Source of the DNA: Promethearchaeota archaeon | GTDB lineage: Archaea; Asgardarchaeota; Lokiarchaeia; Sigyniarchaeales; SOKP01 | Direction of reading: 5' to 3' | Assembly: GCA_019058015.1 (NCBI GenBank) | Contig: JAHLWH010000062.1 | Coordinates: forward strand, 1-10,767 | Length of the DNA stretch: 10,767 bases | In this document: piece by piece, positions 1 through 6,716 of the stretch | Position numbering within the stretch: the stretch's first letter is position 1 | How the letters are laid out: each line of letters opens with the position of its first letter | Notes under the pieces: generated by a model | What the model was told of the DNA's origin: nothing | The model's input: only the letters and a program-made list of their open reading frames with translations | The model's database searches: none | Position numbers and translations under genes: made by a program

Positions 1-86
1 CATTAAATACAGTAGGAGATATTGTATATGAAGCATTAACAACATATTTAGGATGGGAAATTGATTATCACACAAAAGATCTATAA
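1..86 (+). CDS. 3' end of an unidentified gene (partial; ...LNTVGDIVYEALTTYLGWEIDYHTKDL*)
   Basis: Open frame from the window edge (codons start at position 3) to TAA at 84-86, with protein-like composition. It converges on the MTase stop with a 5-nt gap. Too short to assign a function. Confidence 0.55.
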   Translation, partial: LNTVGDIVYEALTTYLGWEIDYHTKDL

Positions 87-91
87 ACTTT

Positions 92-1168
92 TTATTTCCC
101 TCGTAATATTTCAATTTTTTTATCAAAAAATCCCGATTTAATAATTTTTTTAGTTTCCTCGTTTTGCAATGCCAATAATTCGATAGGATAAAAATCATTA
201 TCTCTGGAATTTGTAACTCTTTGTTTTAAAAATTTTTGTATGGCAATTGAGATAGCATATTTTGAATTATCACATCCAATCCATCTGCGATTTAATCTCT
301 CTGCCACATGTAAAGTTGTTCCAGAACCACAAAAAAAATCTGCAATTAAATCACCCTCATTACTTCCTATCTGAATTAATCGTTCTAATAACATCGGATG
401 TTTTTGAGTAGGATATCCGGTCCATTCTGATGAAGCTGGTTGAATACATGGTATCCGCCAAACATCATCGGCTTTTTTATCATGAACAATTCTGTATTTT
501 ACATGACCATTTTCATCCTTTACATTCTTCAAGACACCATTTACCGATTCTCGCATTAATTGCTTGATTGGTTTATCTCTTTTAAGGCGGAGTTCATTAA
601 AAGTATAAGATCTTCCTTTAGAATAAATTAAAATATTATCATGAGCTCTTGGAAGATTATTCTTTCCAGCTGAATATTTATTATAGTAATACCATATAAT
701 TTCATTAACAAATCTCTCCTTTCCGAATATTTCATCCAATATTGCTCTTATATAATGTGAAACGTGCCAATCTAAATGAATAATAATAAGCCCATTACTT
801 GCTAAAAGTTCTTTCATTAAAATTAAACGTTCATACATCATTTGATGATATATATCTAAATTCTTTCCCCAATTGTCTTTATACCCAAATTCCTTAATTA
901 TATTTCCGCCCATCCGTATTTTTAAAATATAATTGGAACCCGTAGCAAAGGGAGGGTCGATGTAAATTAAATTAATCTTGCCCGTAAATTCTGAGAGTAA
1001 AAAGATCATTACAAGCTTATTATCTCCCCAAAAAAGTTGATTAAGCCAAAAATTAGAACTGAAGTCATTTAGATCTCCAATCAGCTTAATCCTTTCAAAA
1101 TTAATCTTATTAGTTTTTATACCATCAATATTAAATTCTTTTCTATTTCCCCAAGTAAGTCTAACCAT
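92..1168 (-). CDS. Site-specific DNA methyltransferase, beta-class N6-adenine/N4-cytosine (Mod-like, N6_N4_Mtase family)
   Basis: Motif IV LIYIDPPF precedes motif I DFFCGSGTT (beta order). Also has LFWGDN, NEIIWYY, HDNILIYSK, DDVW, GYPTQK and RRWIGCD. The ATG at 1168 (MVRLTWG) is preferred over the TTG at 1183 because GAGGG lies just upstream of it. Confidence 0.93.
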   Translation of the reverse strand: MVRLTWGNRKEFNIDGIKTNKINFERIKLIGDLNDFSSNFWLNQLFWGDNKLVMIFLLSEFTGKINLIYIDPPFATGSNYILKIRMGGNIIKEFGYKDNWGKNLDIYHQMMYERLILMKELLASNGLIIIHLDWHVSHYIRAILDEIFGKERFVNEIIWYYYNKYSAGKNNLPRAHDNILIYSKGRSYTFNELRLKRDKPIKQLMRESVNGVLKNVKDENGHVKYRIVHDKKADDVWRIPCIQPASSEWTGYPTQKHPMLLERLIQIGSNEGDLIADFFCGSGTTLHVAERLNRRWIGCDNSKYAISIAIQKFLKQRVTNSRDNDFYPIELLALQNEETKKIIKSGFFDKKIEILRGK

Positions 1169-1217
1169 TTTTCTTTCCCTCAAATGAAATAACTATGTTA
1201 ATTAATCTATATTTAAA

Positions 1218-4200
1218 TCAAGGTTTACCTGCACCTTGATTTTCAGGGTAAATAAATTCGAATTTATTAGTAAGTGATTTATGATTAAGCCATTTTTTTA
1301 TATTTTTATCCCAAAGATGACAATCCAACGGATTTGGATGTTTGAATTTATCAAATAAATTATTAACAAAAAGATCTCCTTTAACTAAATCAAAAAATAG
1401 AAGATAATGCTCTACTTCGAAATAATTAAATAAGTGAGTAACAATTCGCTTAAAATGATTAAAATCTGAATCTGGTAAACAAAATTTTAAATATAATCCA
1501 TTTTCAAATTTTATTATTTTGTCTTCTTCTTTTAAATAATATTCTCCCTCTATTTCATAAATGAATCCATAATTAAGGAAATTAAAAATTTTAATAATTA
1601 TTTCGATTTGTTCGCGTGTCAAATCTGGAACAATTGCGTAAAATTTGAATTTAAGACCTGTATTTTCTCTAAGCTTTATTTGAGGAAAAATTAATTTTTT
1701 ATTAATCAAATCTTTAATGTTGTTTAACCTTGATTTGTGTCTTAATTTTATCATATCTAAAAAATTTTGACCATTAAAATCTATGATATTCTGGAAATCT
1801 CGGTTGAATTTTCCTTTAATATTTTTATCATCTCTCTCAGAGACATTAAAAACTTTTAAATCAATAGAAGGATCAAAATTCTTATCAAATAAAATTTTTT
1901 GAACAAGTATTTCAAAAGTTTGGTATCCAAAATAAAAACCATTAGGATCAATATTAAAATTAAAATTTAATATTGGAATGATTTTTTTAACTGAAAATGA
2001 TAAATATTCATCAATTTCTCTTTTGCTTTTTAAAACCCAGTTCAGGTATGAGAAATTGGGATTTTTAGAGGGGAAAATAAATTGAAAAAGATAAGAGTTT
2101 GCATTTTCTAATGAAGCTGTATATTTTATACTTTTGAATCCCAATGGAAATAACATTTTCCAATCAATTTCATTAGGGAGGCTTGGTTTTAGAAATAAAT
2201 GATAATGTTCTAAACCGAATTTTTGATATGCAGGAATGAAATCAATATTTTTAATATATTTTGAATATTTAATAATTTTTGAAAGATCATCATTTTTTAC
2301 AAATTTTTCTTCAAAATTTTTATATAAATCTTCTATTTCTCTAAAAATTTCTAAATCCAATATTATTTCTTTTTTTGATTTCAGATTTTTTAAATAGGTT
2401 TCAAATGATATTTTTTTAACTAAATCGTCATTGAAATTAATAAGATCTAACCTTTCTTCTTTATAATTTGAAAAAATTTTTTCATTTTTAATAAGAGCGA
2501 TACTGTATTTTGATAACTCATTAAAAAAATCTGGAGTATAAAAGAAATTATTATTTTCGACATCAAAAAAATCTTCAAGACTAAAAATCGATATGATATA
2601 CGAAGTGAGGAATTCTTTTAAAAGAATTAAATCACTCTTAAATAAATTATAAATAAAACCTAACAAGTTTAATTTTTCTTTGTCATTTAACTCAACACTA
2701 TATAAATGTAAATAGATATATTTTTTACCAGAAATTATGTCAATGCTTTTATTGATATTAATTCTAGGAAATATTTGCTTGAGAGCGTAAATCTTTTTTT
2801 CTACAGAGATAAAATCTTTTATTATTAGAGAATAAAAAGTTGGGCAAATTTTTCTGGTAGAAATACAGGTAATTAAAAATGGAACCGCTCCTGGAATATC
2901 AGCTTGAACAGTTTGAGTTAATCTTGCATCTATATCTTCAAATGTAATTTTCTTTATTCGATATTCCTTTAGAATTTTTTTTATTTTATGAATTTTTGAA
3001 GTATATATATTTTCCGCTAATTCCTTCTTTGTCAAAATTACTCCAATCGTGCTTAGATTGAAAATTTTAAGCTTTTCAAAAACCTTTAGTAATTGTAAAG
3101 TGTTTTGATAATTTTCTTTAATCTTGTTATAATCGGAATTTCTATTAAAATAAATAGCAACTAAATTAAAAATATCTTTTTTTAGCTTAAAGAAATGATA
3201 TTCAATATTTTCTTTGAATTTTGGACCAATTCCATTTTGATCAATATAGTGAAATAGCATATGTTCATTTTTTAGTTCAGGGTGGATTTTTAGGATATTT
3301 TCTGCGAGTTTTATTAACTTTAAAATGGTAGATATCTGTTCTTTAAAATAAAAAAATCCGAATGATTTATTTAAATTAATTATATTGAGAAAAAATTGTT
3401 TTAATTCCGGGTCCTCATAAAAGATATTTAAAATCTTTTTTAGATCCTTAATATTATTTCTCTGAGTTAATAAATAACTAAATAGGTCACTTTTTACTTT
3501 CTTTAATTGTTTCCATTTTTCCTCAAAACTAAAACCGGAAGTTGCAAACCATCTAATTCTATCGAGGAGTATAAGATCTAATAGATCCATAACCTTTTCT
3601 TCTTTAGGAATATATTTTAAAGAAGGAGAAAATATTAGGTGCTCATTAAAATCTTTATCTTCTCTAAGTAATAGTTTTTTATTCATAACTTTCTTTTTAA
3701 AATAATTTAAATTAAGATAGTTTTCATGAAAATCAAATTTTAGTAGAAGGAATTTCTTGATAATCCCATAATTTTTTAAAGTTCTAAAGTATTTCTTTAA
3801 ATCGTCAACATATTTCATAGGGATAACAAAAATTCCTGTAACTTCAATCCCAAATTTCGATTCTTGAGTTCTATTTACCCAATAAAACGGTAAATGCTCT
3901 AATATTTTTTGTGTCTTATAATTTCCTAGTTGAGGGTTAAAATACAAATAACAATAAATCGTATTTAAAAAATAATAATCAGAATTTACTTGATAATTCG
4001 GAGATATCATTGATAGCGGTAAAAAGTTTTTAAAATACCTGGTAAATTTCTTTAAAGTGAAGGTAGTTTGAATTTTATTCTCTAGTGTTAATCTCTTAAA
4101 AATATCTTTAAAATCTTTTCTTCTTATATATCGTTTTTTAATTTGAAAAATCTTAAAAATGAGGTAAAAAAATTCTAACTCATCTTCATTCTCAAAATGA

Positions 4201-4757
4201 CCTTCCATAATGTTATATGTATGAATATCAGCAAAAACATCATATTCCTCATCAAGATTTATAAATAAAAATGAGTATTTATGGATATAATCAAATAGAA
4301 ATTTTATATTTTTAATTACGATATTCCCAATTCTAAATCCATATCGAGCGTATAAGGGATTTTTTTTAAATTTTTCTTCCCATATATCAAAATTTGGAAG
4401 TTTCCTTAAGATTTCTGAAGTAATTAATAAAATTATTATTTTTAAAGTAGAATAATTTTCCAACGATTCAGGAATAAAACAAGAAAAAGTTTCACGTAAA
4501 AGTATAAATTTGATAATATTTTTTAAATTAAAATCTATTTCCAAAATATATCTTTCTTCCTCATGATTTCTCTTGACTCCAAAATCAATCAAAGTATCTT
4601 CAAATGTAATGGTAGTATTATCTTTTATAAGTTCAATTTTAAAAGGGTGGCGTAATGGATCTCTTTCTATATGGCTTCCAATTTCACGCAAAAGATAATT
4701 AAACCAATAACTGATATTTTCTTGAGTAATTTGAGCTTCAAAATATTCTTCTAACAT
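1218..4757 (-). CDS. Large 1179-aa hypothetical protein with apparent tandem Lrp/AsnC-like (wHTH + RAM-like) modules; putative regulator/sensor
   Basis: Uninterrupted 3.5-kb ORF in very AT-rich DNA, so almost certainly coding. Lrp-like segments by eye: MDLLDLILLDRI, ITFEDIDARL, YIKNIDFIPAYQKFGLEHYHLFL, NNIKDLINKKLIFPQIKLRENTGLKFKFYAIV. The domain call is an inference. Confidence 0.75.
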   Translation of the reverse strand: MLEEYFEAQITQENISYWFNYLLREIGSHIERDPLRHPFKIELIKDNTTITFEDTLIDFGVKRNHEEERYILEIDFNLKNIIKFILLRETFSCFIPESLENYSTLKIIILLITSEILRKLPNFDIWEEKFKKNPLYARYGFRIGNIVIKNIKFLFDYIHKYSFLFINLDEEYDVFADIHTYNIMEGHFENEDELEFFYLIFKIFQIKKRYIRRKDFKDIFKRLTLENKIQTTFTLKKFTRYFKNFLPLSMISPNYQVNSDYYFLNTIYCYLYFNPQLGNYKTQKILEHLPFYWVNRTQESKFGIEVTGIFVIPMKYVDDLKKYFRTLKNYGIIKKFLLLKFDFHENYLNLNYFKKKVMNKKLLLREDKDFNEHLIFSPSLKYIPKEEKVMDLLDLILLDRIRWFATSGFSFEEKWKQLKKVKSDLFSYLLTQRNNIKDLKKILNIFYEDPELKQFFLNIINLNKSFGFFYFKEQISTILKLIKLAENILKIHPELKNEHMLFHYIDQNGIGPKFKENIEYHFFKLKKDIFNLVAIYFNRNSDYNKIKENYQNTLQLLKVFEKLKIFNLSTIGVILTKKELAENIYTSKIHKIKKILKEYRIKKITFEDIDARLTQTVQADIPGAVPFLITCISTRKICPTFYSLIIKDFISVEKKIYALKQIFPRININKSIDIISGKKYIYLHLYSVELNDKEKLNLLGFIYNLFKSDLILLKEFLTSYIISIFSLEDFFDVENNNFFYTPDFFNELSKYSIALIKNEKIFSNYKEERLDLINFNDDLVKKISFETYLKNLKSKKEIILDLEIFREIEDLYKNFEEKFVKNDDLSKIIKYSKYIKNIDFIPAYQKFGLEHYHLFLKPSLPNEIDWKMLFPLGFKSIKYTASLENANSYLFQFIFPSKNPNFSYLNWVLKSKREIDEYLSFSVKKIIPILNFNFNIDPNGFYFGYQTFEILVQKILFDKNFDPSIDLKVFNVSERDDKNIKGKFNRDFQNIIDFNGQNFLDMIKLRHKSRLNNIKDLINKKLIFPQIKLRENTGLKFKFYAIVPDLTREQIEIIIKIFNFLNYGFIYEIEGEYYLKEEDKIIKFENGLYLKFCLPDSDFNHFKRIVTHLFNYFEVEHYLLFFDLVKGDLFVNNLFDKFKHPNPLDCHLWDKNIKKWLNHKSLTNKFEFIYPENQGAGKP

Positions 4758-4816
4758 AATGCAATAGTTATTTTTCTCTAAATTCTATTCATATAATTAG
4801 ATCTATTTTAATTTTT

Positions 4817-4837
4817 AAGATTTATTTTTTAAATCTT
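4817..4837. other. Inverted repeat AAGATTTA-TTTTT-TAAATCTT (possible operator or hairpin between the ThiF gene and the giant gene)
   Basis: Perfect 8-bp arms with a 5-nt spacer, abutting the ThiF stop codon. The function is not established. Confidence 0.35.
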
Positions 4838-5856
4838 TATTTTTGGAAATATTTACGACATTGACATTGTTTATGTGGGATTACAGGAATTTTTATTATT
4901 TCATAATTAAATAAATCTACAATGATAAAGTGACCTCGAGATGAATTTATATAACCACATATATCATTGATAATGTTCTGCGAAATTATTGAGCCTGTAG
5001 CTATTACAACATCTCCAATATTTCCTGTTTTTTTAAGAGAATTAAATACAGATTGTTTATTTGTTCTAAAACGTAAATATTTATCTCCAAAAATGCACCT
5101 TAGACAAGCAGTTTCCTCTGGGTAATAGTTAAATAAATCTCCAGTAGTTTGATTTACTACTCCCCAATAAAATGGTTTCCTATTTTTTATACATAGATCA
5201 TTAATCAAATAGGGTGCTCCAAATAAATCAAGAGCATTTATAATATAGTCATTTGTCTTAATAATTTTGTTAATTTCATCAATATCTCTTAGATATTCAG
5301 CCTCATTAATTTCTAATATATTTAATTCTTTAGGATAATTTATATTAATATTATGAATTTCAATATTAGCATTCGGATTTATTTTTAATAATCTCTCTTT
5401 AGCTTTCTTAACTTTTATTTTTCCAACATCTTCTGGTGTATATAATGTTTGTCGATTTAAATTAGATAATTCAATTTTGTCATGATCTATTAAAATGAAA
5501 TTATGAACACCACTGTAAATTAATCCCAGTAAAACGTTAGTTCCAATCCCACCAACACCAAAAACAACAACTCGTGCATCACGAATTTTTTTCTGATCAA
5601 TCAATGGATGTGAAATTTGACGATCCCATCTTTCAATATCATCATCGTTTAACATTGTATTATTTTGATTTCTAATAGTCTGCTCTATAAGTTGGTAATA
5701 TTCATATTGTCTTAGAAAAATCTTTAATTTGACCTCTTTTAATTTACTTTGTTTAAAATATCTTTTTTCAATGTTTTTTTTTGTTATCATTTTTCTGAGG
5801 TCTTCTTCACTTTTTGGAGTAATAACTCCTGTTTTTGTATTGTTATCTTTCCTCAA
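4837..5856 (-). CDS. ThiF/MoeB/HesA/MccB-family adenylyltransferase (E1-like) with an N-terminal extension
   Basis: RWDRQI, the VVVFGVGGIG nucleotide-binding loop, IDHDKIELSNLNRQ, DVGKIKV, INP and NALD. Zn-ligand motifs CLRC and C-terminal CQC. The start is uncertain (TTG at 5856 preceded by AGGT, or ATG at 5790). Confidence 0.93.
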   Translation of the reverse strand: MRKDNNTKTGVITPKSEEDLRKMITKKNIEKRYFKQSKLKEVKLKIFLRQYEYYQLIEQTIRNQNNTMLNDDDIERWDRQISHPLIDQKKIRDARVVVFGVGGIGTNVLLGLIYSGVHNFILIDHDKIELSNLNRQTLYTPEDVGKIKVKKAKERLLKINPNANIEIHNININYPKELNILEINEAEYLRDIDEINKIIKTNDYIINALDLFGAPYLINDLCIKNRKPFYWGVVNQTTGDLFNYYPEETACLRCIFGDKYLRFRTNKQSVFNSLKKTGNIGDVVIATGSIISQNIINDICGYINSSRGHFIIVDLFNYEIIKIPVIPHKQCQCRKYFQK

Positions 5857-5865
5857 GGTTTTTTT

Positions 5866-6435
5866 TTACCTTTCCTTTTTCATGAAGCTCTCTTCTCCTA
5901 ATCCCTTTAGAAAATTCTCTCTTAAATCTAGATCATAAAATTCAAGATCTTCTAAGTTATTATTCACTTTTACAAAATTCTTTAGAACACAGCGGAATTT
6001 AAAGTTTAAATTATTGAGGAGATACTTCATATTTAAATTTTTTGATAATGTTTGACATGTAATCCATTCAAAACCCTTTTTTTTAATTTGTTTTATTGTT
6101 TTTGAATACGTAAATGTTCCAATTCCTTTTTTTCTATATTTATTCTTAATAATCACTCCCATATTAACAGATTTTGGAAATACAGGGTTAAAATCATTTA
6201 CTATTGAGTAATCACAAAGCCCAATGATTTCGTTTTTATAATCTTTATCACTAAAATAAATTACATTAACAGAGTATCTAGGATCTTTCAGTTGCCTGAA
6301 ATAGAGCTTTTGGGGTATCTTAACGGCAAATGGATCGGTGTAATATTCTTCAAAAAGTTCCCATAATAAATCCTTTAATTCAGTTTTTTCTTGATGTTCT
6401 AAAGTTCTAATTTTTAAGGAATCTATAATGCCCAT
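5866..6435 (-). CDS. GNAT-family N-acetyltransferase (RimJ/RimL-like)
   Basis: Acetyl-CoA motif A KYRKKGIGT preceded by NMGVII, plus the IIGLCD strand. The C-terminal N..MKYLLNNLNF...LKNFVKVNNNLEDLEFYDL resembles RimJ/RimL tails. Confidence 0.88.
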   Translation of the reverse strand: MGIIDSLKIRTLEHQEKTELKDLLWELFEEYYTDPFAVKIPQKLYFRQLKDPRYSVNVIYFSDKDYKNEIIGLCDYSIVNDFNPVFPKSVNMGVIIKNKYRKKGIGTFTYSKTIKQIKKKGFEWITCQTLSKNLNMKYLLNNLNFKFRCVLKNFVKVNNNLEDLEFYDLDLRENFLKGLGEESFMKKER

Positions 6436-6490
6436 TGTTATATTTTCAGTAAGATATTTATATAAATTCTAAGATATTGTTATACTTCAG
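6434..6490. repeat. Interleaved direct repeats around the TATA box: ATTGTTATA(TT/C)TTCAG x2 and TAAGATATT x2
   Basis: ATTGTTATATTTTCAG at 6434-6449 and ATTGTTATACTTCAG at 6476-6490. TAAGATATT at 6450-6458 and 6470-6478. Confidence 0.55.
6456..6467 (-). promoter_or_regulatory. Archaeal TATA box (TTTATATA within the palindrome ATTTATATAAAT) for the GNAT-ThiF transcript; probably leaderless
   Basis: Consensus TTTATATA lies 24-31 nt upstream of the GNAT ATG (6435). No Shine-Dalgarno sequence lies in between. Confidence 0.6.
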
Positions 6491-6716
6491 ATTTATTTTA
6501 AAATCAAATTTTTTCAATAAATTATTCCATATCTACAAATAAATTGTTATTTTAATATTTTAGTTTGTTGTAGTTATTAGAATATTATGCTTTACTAAAA
6601 AATTATTTAAATTCTAACTGTATACGTAAAATAAAATTTATTTAAAACTTAAAATGAAATGTTATTATAAGTATTTTAAAAAATTTTAAGAAAATAGAAT
6701 AAATAGGTTGATTATT

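Noticed and set aside
92-4757. Type III R-M pair (Mod + Res), with the 1179-aa ORF as the restriction subunit
   Set aside because: No Walker A, DEAD/DEAH helicase or PD-(D/E)xK motif is recognisable in the large protein.
4837-5856. ThiF as the E1 of a ubiquitin/SAMP, CBASS or Bil-type conjugation system
   Set aside because: No E2, JAB, Ubl or cyclase gene is in the window, and the crossover-loop Cys is absent.
5729-5938. 69-aa plus-strand ORF
   Set aside because: Antisense shadow of the ThiF/GNAT junction. Its Phe/Leu richness simply mirrors Lys/Glu codons on the coding strand.
6434-6490. CRISPR mini-array or IS ends
   Set aside because: The repeats are only 9-16 nt, interleaved and present in two copies. 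No cas or transposase gene and no target-site duplication were seen.
6458-6517. 19-aa minus-strand ORF (TTG; MKKFDFKINLKYNNILEFI) as a RiPP precursor for the ThiF
   Set aside because: It has no RBS, runs across the TATA box and lacks a C-terminal Asn (MccA-like) or Gly-Gly. The only intergenic minus-strand ATG (6530) gives M-E-stop. No credible precursor was found.
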